Positions 27,293-35,901 of a stretch of DNA of 64,000 bases are shown one piece after another. The stretch is from contig OZ244065.1 of NCBI GenBank assembly GCA_965215505.1, positions 3,552,001 through 3,616,000 of the forward strand, read 5' to 3'. The DNA is from Capsulimonadaceae bacterium (GTDB lineage: Bacteria > Armatimonadota > Armatimonadia > Armatimonadales > Capsulimonadaceae). The translations under genes and the position numbers were made by a program. How positions within the stretch are numbered: the first letter of the stretch is position 1; each line of letters starts with the position of its first letter. The notes under the pieces are model-generated. The model saw nothing but the letters and a program-made list of their open reading frames with translations, had not been told where the DNA came from and did no database searches.

Positions 27293-28450
27293 ATGCCCGA
27301 CGTTAAACTGTTCACCTCGGAGTCCGTCTCCGTGGGCCACCCCGACAAGCTCGCCGACCAGATCAGCGACGCCATCCTCGACGAGCTGCTGCGCCAGGAC
27401 CCCAAGAGCCGCGTCGCCGTCGAAACCCTGCTGACGCGCGGCCTCGCCGTCATCGCCGGCGAGGTCACCACCCAGGGCTACGTCGAGATCCCCGACGTCG
27501 TCCGGGCCGCGATCAACGACGCCGGCTACACCAAGGTCGAGTACGGCTTCGACGGCGACACGACCGGCGTCCTGATCGCCCTCCAGAAGCAGTCCCCCGA
27601 CATCAGCGTCGGCGTGGACGCCGGCGCGAAGGGCGACAAGGCCCAGGGCGCGGGCGACCAGGGCATGATGTTCGGCTTCGCCGTCAACGAGACGCCCGAG
27701 CTGATGCCCCTGCCCATCACCATCGCCCACGAGCTGACCGCCCTCTACGCCCAGGTCCGCAAGGGCGGGTCGCTGGGCCTGCGCCCCGATGCCAAGTCCC
27801 AGGTGACGGTCGCCTACGACCCCGCGACCGACAAGCCCCTCTCGATTGACACCATCGTCTTCTCCGCCCAGCACGACCCCGAGCTGAAGCAGGCCGACGT
27901 CCAGGCCTTGGTCCAGCAGCACGTCATCAGGCCCGTCCTGGCGCAGTACGAGAAGTACATCACCCACGACATCAAGTACCACGTCAACCCCACCGGCATC
28001 TTCGTCATCGGCGGCCCGCAGGCCGACACCGGCGTCACGGGCCGCAAGATCATCGTGGACACCTACGGCGGCTACGCCCGCCACGGCGGCGGCGCCTTCT
28101 CCGGCAAGGACCCCTCCAAGGTGGACCGCTCGGCCGCCTACGCCGCCCGCTTCATCGCCAAGAACATCGTCGCGGCGGGCCTGGCCGAGAAGGTCGAGAT
28201 CCAATTGGCCTACGCCATCGGCGTCGCCCAGCCCGTCTCGGTCCTGGTCGAAACTTTCGGCACCAACGCCATCGCCGAGGACGAGATCAGCCGCCGGGTC
28301 AGCGCGAACTTCGACCTGACCCCGCGCGGCATCATCCAGCTCCTGGACCTGACCCGCCCGGTCTACTCGCAGACCGCCAAAAACGGCCACTTCGGGCATC
28401 CCGAGTTCGCCTGGGAGGCGACCGACCAGGCCGCAAAGCTGGCCGGGTAG
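27293..28450 (+). CDS. metK: S-adenosylmethionine synthetase
   Basis: [46 protein letters not shown]. Confidence 0.98.
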   Translation: MPDVKLFTSESVSVGHPDKLADQISDAILDELLRQDPKSRVAVETLLTRGLAVIAGEVTTQGYVEIPDVVRAAINDAGYTKVEYGFDGDTTGVLIALQKQSPDISVGVDAGAKGDKAQGAGDQGMMFGFAVNETPELMPLPITIAHELTALYAQVRKGGSLGLRPDAKSQVTVAYDPATDKPLSIDTIVFSAQHDPELKQADVQALVQQHVIRPVLAQYEKYITHDIKYHVNPTGIFVIGGPQADTGVTGRKIIVDTYGGYARHGGGAFSGKDPSKVDRSAAYAARFIAKNIVAAGLAEKVEIQLAYAIGVAQPVSVLVETFGTNAIAEDEISRRVSANFDLTPRGIIQLLDLTRPVYSQTAKNGHFGHPEFAWEATDQAAKLAG

Positions 28451-28478
28451 AGGGACGTAGACGGACAGAGGCAGGCAC

Positions 28479-28513
28479 AAGGAGGCCGCCGGGCAATGCC
28501 CGGCGGCCTCCTT
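28479..28513 (+). terminator. Hairpin terminator after metK
   Basis: AAGGAGGCCGCCGGGC-AAT-GCCCGGCGGCCTCCTT; second copy at 29332-29360. Confidence 0.7.
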
Positions 28514-28548
28514 CCGTTCTGTGGTACAATGGGGCCGGGAGAAAGTCA

Positions 28549-28851
28549 ATGGCAATCGCAGAGCAGGAGATCACGCGGCACCTGAGCATCCCTCTGGACC
28601 GGGACCAGCAGGAGAGACTGGAACGGGCCGCGCTCATGGCCGGGCAGAGCTTGGAGGGTTTCGCCGCCACTGCGCTCCTGCGCGCGGCGGACGCGGCGCT
28701 GACACCGCCGCCGCCCGCCGACAACCCATTGGACAAGGTCATCGGCATTTTCAAGGACGAGCCTCTGATGGATGAGCTGATGGAGCGCATTCGCCGGGAT
28801 CGTCAGGCAGAGATAGAAGCGTATGCGATAGAAGCACAGGCGGAAGAATAG
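28549..28851 (+). CDS. Antitoxin, DUF1778-like
   Basis: LERAALMAGQSLEGFAATALLRAA; directly upstream of PIN toxin. Confidence 0.75.
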   Translation: MAIAEQEITRHLSIPLDRDQQERLERAALMAGQSLEGFAATALLRAADAALTPPPPADNPLDKVIGIFKDEPLMDELMERIRRDRQAEIEAYAIEAQAEE

Positions 28852-28855
28852 CCTC

Positions 28856-29275
28856 GTGTACTCCCTTGATTCCGACACTGTAAACAACCTCCTCCGGGCC
28901 AATCCGAACATTGCTCGGCGCGTGCGGGCTGTCAATCCTGTTGACCTCCGGGTCAGCACCATTGTTTTGGAAGAAGTCGTCGGCAAGCAGATCAACCACC
29001 TCAACACCCTGCGCTCGCAACGCCGCCCACTTACGCGTGCCTCTCAATTCCTGGCCGAATTAACAATAGCCTTGTCGGCTTTCCAGATATTGCCGTACTC
29101 AGACGAGGCCGAGCAGTTGTATCAGTCGTGGCCCGCGAAGCAGAAGCGCGTTGGCCCCAATGACTGCCGCATCGCTGCAAGCGCCATTGTCGCGGGATTG
29201 ATCGTGGTGACGTGCAACCAGAAGGACTTCTCGACCATCCCCGGCCTCGTCTGGCAGGATTGGAGCCGGGAGTGA
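28856..29275 (+). CDS. vapC: VapC-family PIN-domain toxin
   Basis: YSLDSD, STIVLEE, GPNDCRIAASA, VVTCNQKDF. Confidence 0.88.
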   Translation: MYSLDSDTVNNLLRANPNIARRVRAVNPVDLRVSTIVLEEVVGKQINHLNTLRSQRRPLTRASQFLAELTIALSAFQILPYSDEAEQLYQSWPAKQKRVGPNDCRIAASAIVAGLIVVTCNQKDFSTIPGLVWQDWSRE

Positions 29276-29373
29276 TGGCCTACCCGGTCTACTCGCAGGC
29301 CGCAAGGCTCGCCGCGCAGACAGGTCGCAGCAAGGCCGCCGGGCATCGCCCGGCGGCCTTCAATCCGTCAATG

Positions 29374-29660
29374 TCACGCGGCCTGATGCGCGAGCCACTG
29401 CTCCAGGTCGGCGGCCGTGCTGAAGTCCAGCAAGGCCTCCTTGCCCTCCGCGATGCCCAGCGTGATGCCCTCGGCGATGCCCAGTGCCCGCCCCTCTCGC
29501 TGCCAGCTCGTCATCATCTCCATGGTTTCCTGCCTCTCCGCTGGGTCCAGCTTCAGGCTCGCCAGCAGCCGCAGGCACTCCGCCTTCACCCGAGGCCGGT
29601 TCCCAGGCCGCATCTTCATCTTCGCCATCAGGGCGCTCGCGATGGGGTTTTCCTGACGCA
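29374..29660 (-). pseudogene. C-terminal remnant of an Rpn/DUF4351-type protein
   Basis: NPIASALMAKM..RPRVKAECLRLLASLKLDPA..MEMMTSW..EG repeats..LLDFSTAADLEQWL; nuclease N-terminus absent. Confidence 0.7.
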
Positions 29661-29730
29661 CGGACCGCCGCCACGGCAGACCGCCGCCACGGCAGCGGGT
29701 TGAGAATGGGACGCAGCCCGGTTCGCCACG

Positions 29731-29931
29731 GGCCACGGGTTGAAACCCGAGGCTGGGAAAGGCGCGCCGTCCAGGGGACGTGAAGACGAAGACACAGGAT
29801 AAGGAGCAGAGGACGGGGATAGGAGGGCGGGGGATAGGAGGGCGGGGGGACCCCGCCCTCCTTCTTGTTTCTCACCCCCTTACGTCCCCTGGACGGTGGG
29901 CACTTCCCAGCCTCGGGTTTCAACCCGTGGC
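29731..29931. repeat. ~200-bp palindromic element with GCCACGGGTTGAAACCCGAGGC termini and GTCCAGGGGAC inner arms
   Basis: Inverted arms read directly; related half-site at 35857-35878. Confidence 0.85.
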
Positions 29932-29975
29932 AGGTCCCTTCAACAGCAGGCCCGCGTGTGATTTTTCTTTGCCCC

Positions 29976-30009
29976 TTGACATACCCTCAGAATCTATGTA
30001 TACTGAGGG
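29976..30009 (+). promoter_or_regulatory. Promoter TTGACA-17-TATACT with overlapping inverted repeat CCCTCAG-N12-CTGAGGG (probable PadR operator)
   Basis: Direct read; upstream of padR. Confidence 0.75.
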
Positions 30010-30043
30010 GCATGGACGAAAGCATAGAAATCGGAGGTAGGTT

Positions 30044-30415
30044 ATGAGGCGTGAACTCGCCCACGGCGACCTGCCCGCGCTCATCCTCGCCGTGTTGGGG
30101 GCCACGCCGCGCCACGGCTACGCCATCGCCCGCGAGGTCGAGCGCCTGAGCGACGGCGCGCTGCACCTGCGCGAGGGCACCCTGTACCCTGCCCTGCGCG
30201 TGCTGGAACAGGACGGCCTGATCGCGGGGGCCTGGGAGGCGCAGGAGAAGGGCGCGGACCGCAAGGTCTACGCGCTCACCGAGGCGGGCCACCGGGAGGG
30301 GAAGAAGCGGGCGCAGGCATTGCGCGACTACGCGACCCTGCTGCACACCATCTTAGGCCGCGTGGAACAGGGGACACCGAAACGGAGGGCACCCGGCCAT
30401 GCACAGCCTGCTTGA
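30044..30415 (+). CDS. PadR family transcriptional regulator
   Basis: ILAVL..PRHGYAI...EGTLYPALRVLEQDGLI...RKVYALTEAG. Confidence 0.93.
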   Translation: MRRELAHGDLPALILAVLGATPRHGYAIAREVERLSDGALHLREGTLYPALRVLEQDGLIAGAWEAQEKGADRKVYALTEAGHREGKKRAQALRDYATLLHTILGRVEQGTPKRRAPGHAQPA

Positions 30416-30968
30416 AACTTATCTTTCGGAAGTCGCCTCCCACCTGAGAAGTCTGCCAACCGAGCGGCGCGCGGAAGAGCTGCGGGAGATGCGGGCGCAC
30501 CTGGAGAGCGCGTCCGCAGCCTTGCGGGAGGGCGGGGCGACGGGGGCCGGGGCGGCATCGGCAGTCCTGGAGCAGTTCGGGGGGTCGGAGGCGATCGCGC
30601 GCGGCTTATGGGGGGCGTGGCGGCGCGGTGAGAACAAAAGAAAGAGGGTCGTGATGAAAGAACGCATTATCTTCGGGTCGAGTCTGGCGGCGGTGACGCT
30701 CGGGGCGGCCTGGCTGGTGTTCGTGGCGGCCATGATCGGCCGCGTCCTCCGCCCGCAGGGCCAGATCCTCATCCACGCCTCGGAAGGCGCGAGCCTCAAA
30801 GTGCAGCAGGGGATCGTCCAGGTGCTGTCGGCGGGCAGCAACGGCACCGGCGTCGAGACCTTTAATGTGCCGCTCCTGGCCGCCTGCATCTCGGTGCCGT
30901 TCCTGCTCATCGTCGGCTTCGCGGTCGTGGGCTGCTGCTCCATGCTCCGCGCCCGCCGCCTGGCGTGA
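30399..30968 (+). CDS. HAAS/permease-prefix-domain membrane protein 1
   Basis: MHSLLETYLSEVA..EELREMRAHLE...QFG followed by TM segments. Confidence 0.8.
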   Translation: MHSLLETYLSEVASHLRSLPTERRAEELREMRAHLESASAALREGGATGAGAASAVLEQFGGSEAIARGLWGAWRRGENKRKRVVMKERIIFGSSLAAVTLGAAWLVFVAAMIGRVLRPQGQILIHASEGASLKVQQGIVQVLSAGSNGTGVETFNVPLLAACISVPFLLIVGFAVVGCCSMLRARRLA

Positions 30969-30992
30969 GGACTCGGCCCAGGGAGAACCGCC

Positions 30993-31628
30993 ATGCACAG
31001 CCGACTTGAAAGCTATCTGTCGGAGGTCGCCGCGCGCCTGAAAGGGCTGCCGGCGGTCCGGCGCAATGAAGAACTGCGTGAGATGCGCGGGCACCTGCTC
31101 AGTCGTGTCGAGGCGTACCAGGAGTTAGGCGAGACGGAACAAGAGGCGATCGAGTCAACCCTGCGGCAGTTCGGGCCGCCTGTGGAGGTCGCCGGCGGCC
31201 TGACCCGCGCGTGGCGGCGCAGTTGTGGCGGCCGGCAGGACGTCCTCCGCGCGGCGGGCTGCTCCGTACTCCTGATGGCCCCCTACATCGCCGGGATGAT
31301 GCTTTTGGAGCCTAAAATGGAACCGCTCCGTATGCTGTGGGTCGCGGTGTACCCCTATGGCGATGCGCTGGCCATCGTCTGCGCGGGGGCCATCACCGGA
31401 TGGCTTCTCCCGAAACGCGCCGCTATGGGGACGGCACTCGGGATGGTAGTTCTGCTCGCCATAGGGGCCGCCTCCTGCATCAATCGCGGCATCCCCGGCG
31501 GTTTCCTCGGTCTTCTGCTGGGGAGCCTCTGGACGACCAAAGCCTGCTGGCCCGCTGTTCTGGCGGCCTGGGCCGGCAGTCGTTGGCGGAACGCACGGAC
31601 GGGCCGGGCGCGACTGGCGCGGGGTTGA
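30993..31628 (+). CDS. HAAS/permease-prefix-domain membrane protein 2
   Basis: MHSRLESYLSEVA..EELREMRGHL...QFG. Confidence 0.8.
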   Translation: MHSRLESYLSEVAARLKGLPAVRRNEELREMRGHLLSRVEAYQELGETEQEAIESTLRQFGPPVEVAGGLTRAWRRSCGGRQDVLRAAGCSVLLMAPYIAGMMLLEPKMEPLRMLWVAVYPYGDALAIVCAGAITGWLLPKRAAMGTALGMVVLLAIGAASCINRGIPGGFLGLLLGSLWTTKACWPAVLAAWAGSRWRNARTGRARLARG

Positions 31629-31640
31629 AGGGGAAGCACT

Positions 31641-32336
31641 ATGCACAGCCTGCTTGAAGCGTACCTGTCGGAAGTCGCCGGGCACCTGGGCGCACTGCCG
31701 GCCAAGCGGCGCGCGGAAGAGCTGCGCGAGATGCGGGCGCATCTGGAGAACGCCGCCCTCGTCAGCCGCGAGCTAGGCCAGACGGAGGACGAAGCGGCGG
31801 CAAACGCCGTGGCACAGTTCGGGGCGGCGCGGGACCTAGGGGAGAACGTCGTCTGGGCCTGGCGGCGGGGGGAGATGCTCAACAGGAAAAGCTTCTTCGG
31901 GGCCACTGCCGCCACCACGCTGGTTCTGTGCCTCATGGCGTTTCTCAGGGACGGCGGCCTTTGCGGCGTGTTGTACAGCGCCCTGGAACGCCTCCTGCCA
32001 CATGCGTTCCTCCTTTACTGCGGCAAACATGAGGCTTACGGGATGGCGCTCACGCGCGGGATGTTCCTCGCCAGTTTCGGGCTGGCCGGGTTAGTTGCCG
32101 GCAGCCTGTTCCCCAAGCGGGCCGTGCGCGGCGCGTGTCTGGGTCTGGCCCTCTATTGGGTCGGCTGGGCCGCCGTTGACGGCATCGGGCGTGGCGGGAT
32201 CTGGTCTTTCTTGTTTTACGGGGATCAAGCAGGCTGGATGCTGGCGGCGGTCGTATCGGCCTGGGCGGGCAGCCGGTCCCGGCGGGCGTGGGGAAGGCGG
32301 AGGCGGGGGGCGCGGGGGCGGTTAATGCGGGGGTGA
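31641..32336 (+). CDS. HAAS/permease-prefix-domain membrane protein 3
   Basis: MHSLLEAYLSEVA..EELREMRAHLE...QFG. Confidence 0.8.
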   Translation: MHSLLEAYLSEVAGHLGALPAKRRAEELREMRAHLENAALVSRELGQTEDEAAANAVAQFGAARDLGENVVWAWRRGEMLNRKSFFGATAATTLVLCLMAFLRDGGLCGVLYSALERLLPHAFLLYCGKHEAYGMALTRGMFLASFGLAGLVAGSLFPKRAVRGACLGLALYWVGWAAVDGIGRGGIWSFLFYGDQAGWMLAAVVSAWAGSRSRRAWGRRRRGARGRLMRG

Positions 32337-32475
32337 TCTTAGCGCGTGCGCCGAAGTCAGTCCCGGCCCTGAAGGGCCGGTCTCCTCCCGGCTTCGCCGG
32401 CGGGCCGCCCCTTCGGGGCTGAGGACCGTGTTGTAGGGGCGCGATTCATCGCGCCCTCGTTCCCTGTCCGCGCCC

Positions 32476-33396
32476 CTACGGTTGCGGACCGCCCTCCGCC
32501 TCGGCCAGCCACCCTTCCCGCGCCGCGCCCATGCGCGTCCGCCAGGCTTCGGTCTCGCCCGCGCCGAGCCGCTGCACGAAGCCGAGCGAGACCCAGGCGG
32601 CGTACAGGGCCACCAGCGCCCGCTGGTCCGCCGTTAGGGCCAGCAGCCGGCAGAGTTCGTCCACATAGAACAGTTCGCGCGTGCCGACATCACAGACCAC
32701 GGCCGTCGCGGTCAGGCCCAGCCAGAACAGCGGGTCGCCGTAGCAGACGGCGTCGAAGTCCACCAGCCCCTGCAATTCGCCGCCCGACACGATGACGTTC
32801 TTGGTCGTGATGTCGTCCAGGAAACAGGTGGGCGGGTGGTGACGGAAGTAGCCCTCGCGCGACGCGAGGAGCGCGGCGAGGCGCGGCTCCCACAGGCCCG
32901 CCGTGGCCGCCTCCTCGGCGCGGAGCAGGTCCCACAGCGACGCGAACGGCCCCGGCTCGCCGAGCGGGACGTAGCCGAAGCCGGTCCCCGCCGGCAAGGC
33001 CATGACGCGCTTATGGAAGCCGGCGATCTGCCCGGCCAGATGCGTCATCTGCCCCTCGGTCATGGCGGGCAGCTCGTACCGCAGGTCGCAGCCCGGTATC
33101 CTTTCCAGCAGCATCCAGCCGAACGGGAAGCGGCCCGCCGTAAGGTCTGCGGCCAGGACGCGCGAAACCGGCAGGCCCAGCCCGGCCAGGGCCGCCAGGG
33201 TGTGCGCGGTCCCGGCGAAGGTCTGGGCGTCATCATTGGTGCGGACGATGACGTTTCGCCCGGCCAGGGCCACGTCGAAGGTCAGGCTCCGGTGGCCGAA
33301 GTCCTGGTGCGTGACCGTCACGGGTTCCTCGCCCAGAACGTCCCGCACCAGGGCGCGCACCTGCCCCGCCCGGTCTTGAACGGCCTCGGGCCTCAC
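32476..33396 (-). CDS. Aminoglycoside phosphotransferase-like kinase
   Basis: DDITTKNVIV..GLVDFD..CYGDP; GTGA overlap with upstream gene. Confidence 0.8.
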   Translation of the reverse strand: MRPEAVQDRAGQVRALVRDVLGEEPVTVTHQDFGHRSLTFDVALAGRNVIVRTNDDAQTFAGTAHTLAALAGLGLPVSRVLAADLTAGRFPFGWMLLERIPGCDLRYELPAMTEGQMTHLAGQIAGFHKRVMALPAGTGFGYVPLGEPGPFASLWDLLRAEEAATAGLWEPRLAALLASREGYFRHHPPTCFLDDITTKNVIVSGGELQGLVDFDAVCYGDPLFWLGLTATAVVCDVGTRELFYVDELCRLLALTADQRALVALYAAWVSLGFVQRLGAGETEAWRTRMGAAREGWLAEAEGGPQP

Positions 33397-33719
33397 TCCG
33401 ACTCGTACTCCTGCGCGTCCGCGAGGGCGGCGTCGAACCACTCCCCGAAGCCCGCGTAGTGCCGCGCCGCGCCGCCGTCCTGCGCCTCCAGGTCCTCGAA
33501 CACCAGGACGGCCTTGCCCGCCCCGTCGGGGCCTTTGTCGAAGCAGGCCACGGCGTCCGTGTCGGTCCGCCGGGCGATGGCGACCAGGTTCCGGCCCGGA
33601 CGCCGCTCGCGCAGCCGGGCCGTCTGCGACTCGATGCCGTCCTCGTCCAGCATCTCCCACGGGGCGATGCTGTCCGGAGCGTCCGCCGCCGTGAGTTCCT
33701 TGCGCTTGCGTTTGAACAT
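33393..33719 (-). CDS. Small SMI1/KNR4-like hypothetical protein
   Basis: IARRTDTDAVACFD...YAGFGEWF pattern; tight operon spacing. Confidence 0.55.
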   Translation of the reverse strand: MFKRKRKELTAADAPDSIAPWEMLDEDGIESQTARLRERRPGRNLVAIARRTDTDAVACFDKGPDGAGKAVLVFEDLEAQDGGAARHYAGFGEWFDAALADAQEYESE

Positions 33720-33723
33720 GTGG

Positions 33724-34497
33724 CTAGGCTGCTTTCTTCGCCTGCGTGAAGCGGTCGTTGACGAAGTCCCAGTTGACCGTGTTGTACCAGGCGGCGACGT
33801 AGTCCGCACGCCGGTTCTGGTACTTGAGGTAGTAGGCGTGTTCCCAGACGTCTATCCCCAGCAGGGGCGTCCGGCCCAGCATCAGCGGGCTGTCCTGGTT
33901 GGCCGTGGACTCCACCTTCAGCGTGCCGTCGGGCGCGAGCGAGAGCCAGGCCCAGCCGCTGCCGAACTGGCCCAGGGCGGCCTTGGTGAGCTGGTCCTGG
34001 AACTGCGTGTAGGACCCGAACTGCTTGTCCACCGCCGAGGCAAGGTCCGCGGTCGGCTTGCCGCCCCCGCCCTTCTTCATCAGGGGCCAGAACAGGGAGT
34101 GGTTGTAGTGCCCGCCGCCGTTGTTGCGGACGACTTTGAACGTCGGGTCGGTCGGGTCCGTGATGCCGAAGGAGGCGGCGAGGAGCAGGCCGCGCACGAG
34201 CGCGGCGGGGTCGCCGCCCGCCGTCAGGGCGGGCGGCAGCTTGGCGGCGACCGCGTTCAGGTTCTTCACATAGGTGGCGTGGTGCCTGTCGTGGTGGAGC
34301 ATCATCGTTTGGGCATCGATGTACGGCTCCAGGGCGTCGAACGCATACGGCAGCGGCGGCAGCGTGAACGGCCCCGCTGCCATGGGGGCGGCGGGCGCGG
34401 CGGGCGTCGCCTGGCCCCAGGCAGGGAGGTGAGCGGCGGCGGCAAAGGCCGCCGCCGAGAACAGGGCCGTCTTGATGGCGTCACGTCGGGTCAGCAT
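33724..34497 (-). CDS. sodA: Fe/Mn superoxide dismutase with twin-arginine signal peptide
   Basis: [33 protein letters not shown]-terminal TRRDAIK. Confidence 0.93.
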   Translation of the reverse strand: MLTRRDAIKTALFSAAAFAAAAHLPAWGQATPAAPAAPMAAGPFTLPPLPYAFDALEPYIDAQTMMLHHDRHHATYVKNLNAVAAKLPPALTAGGDPAALVRGLLLAASFGITDPTDPTFKVVRNNGGGHYNHSLFWPLMKKGGGGKPTADLASAVDKQFGSYTQFQDQLTKAALGQFGSGWAWLSLAPDGTLKVESTANQDSPLMLGRTPLLGIDVWEHAYYLKYQNRRADYVAAWYNTVNWDFVNDRFTQAKKAA

Positions 34498-34501
34498 GGG
34501 T

Positions 34502-35197
34502 CTAGTCTCCTTCTCGTGGCAGTAGATCGGCGAAGACGAAGCCGTCGCGGGTGACGACCTCGCCCGCCGTGGTTGGGATCGAGCGTGAGAACATCGGCCC
34601 TCCGTGGGCGAACGTGTGGAACTCGCCGCCCTCGCCGCAGGGGTCCACGTCCGGCGGCAGGTCTCTGAGCAGGGCCGCATCAAAAGCGCGGCCCGCAAAC
34701 GAGGTGGGCAGCCGCCTCGGGTCCACGCAGGTCAGCCGCGCTTCCAGGCCGCCCGCGATCATCTCCCGCGCCAGCGTATCGGTCGGCAAGCCCCACAGCG
34801 GGAACAGCGGCGTCAGCCCCGTCCCGGCCAGCTGACGCTCCCGGTAGGCGCGGACCTCCTCTAGAAACAGGTCCCCGAACGCGATGTGCGTCACGCCCCA
34901 CGTCTCGCGCGCCTCGGCCAGCGCCAACCCCAGAGCCGCCTCGTACTCGGCATTGGAACACGGCCACGGCAGCGGGACTTGCAGCAACGGCAAGCCCGCC
35001 GCCTCCGCCTGGGCCTCCAAGAGCGCCCGCCGGACGGCGTGCATGGCGACCCGGTCGAAGGCCGCGTTCAAGGTCGTCAGCAGCCCGGCGACCTCAACGG
35101 CCCCGCTCTGGCGCAAAGTGTGCAGCGCCCAGGCGGCGTCCTTGCCGCTGCTCCAGGACAGCAGGGCGCGCGGCCTGACGGGGGTGGGGGACGGCAT
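34502..35197 (-). CDS. PP-loop ATP pyrophosphatase (diphthine-ammonia ligase/MJ0570-like)
   Basis: [26 protein letters not shown]. Confidence 0.88.
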   Translation of the reverse strand: MPSPTPVRPRALLSWSSGKDAAWALHTLRQSGAVEVAGLLTTLNAAFDRVAMHAVRRALLEAQAEAAGLPLLQVPLPWPCSNAEYEAALGLALAEARETWGVTHIAFGDLFLEEVRAYRERQLAGTGLTPLFPLWGLPTDTLAREMIAGGLEARLTCVDPRRLPTSFAGRAFDAALLRDLPPDVDPCGEGGEFHTFAHGGPMFSRSIPTTAGEVVTRDGFVFADLLPREGD

Positions 35198-35255
35198 GGG
35201 GTGTAGTTCCCGCTTGCCCGCCCTGTTTCCTGCCTCCGTGTGCTATAATCCTGTC

Positions 35256-35483
35256 ATGGAAGTTCCTACAACGCTTTCCTCGGCACGGCCTGTCTCGACA
35301 CCAACACTGGAAGGGCAGGTCCAGCGCAAGCTAGAGGCGCTTTTTCCTCCCGCAGAAGCGCGGCGCTGGCTGGAAGCACCGCAAGCGCAACTTGACGGCA
35401 GCCCACGCGAGCTGATGGCGCGCGGCGAAGCCGAGCGCGTCCTGCGTATGCTGACCCGCTTGGAGCAGGGCATCCCGACCTGA
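35256..35483 (+). CDS. Xre/MbcA/ParS-type antitoxin C-terminal-domain protein (orphan, probably leaderless)
   Basis: ARRWLEAP..QLDGSPRELM...VLRMLTRLEQG; TGCTATAAT ends 6 nt before ATG. Confidence 0.7.
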   Translation: MEVPTTLSSARPVSTPTLEGQVQRKLEALFPPAEARRWLEAPQAQLDGSPRELMARGEAERVLRMLTRLEQGIPT

Positions 35484-35562
35484 CGCGGCGCGGCGGCTTC
35501 CACACCCCCCAAGGCGTCCCGGCACGCGAGGCGGTCCCGCCCGTCGCGTCTGCCACGGATAT

Positions 35563-35878
35563 GACCCGGCCCTGAAGGGCCGGTCTACTCTGGAATGAAA
35601 ACCGCTGCGCGGTTGAAAATCAGCCCGTAGGGGCACCGCTTGCCGCGCCCTCTTTCCCATCCTTGTTCTTGCCGCACCTTCATCAGAGAGGGCGTGATGG
35701 ATCGCGCCCCTGCACCGAATGCCTCCCCGAAGCTTCAAAGAGGCGGCCCATCCGTGTAGGCCGTCGGTTTAACGCCGGGTCTTCCGCGACCGTGGTGACA
35801 GGGGTAGGGCGGCGTCCCCCCGCCCTTGCCCTCCCACCCTATGGTTCTTGTCCGGTGCCCTGGGCTTCAACCCGTGGC
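35563..35878. repeat. Cluster of TGAA-loop hairpins and GTAG-REP palindromes
   Basis: At least five short palindromes in one intergenic gap. Confidence 0.75.
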
Positions 35879-35901
35879 TTCCCTGTTGAGCGAGCGAGCT
35901 T

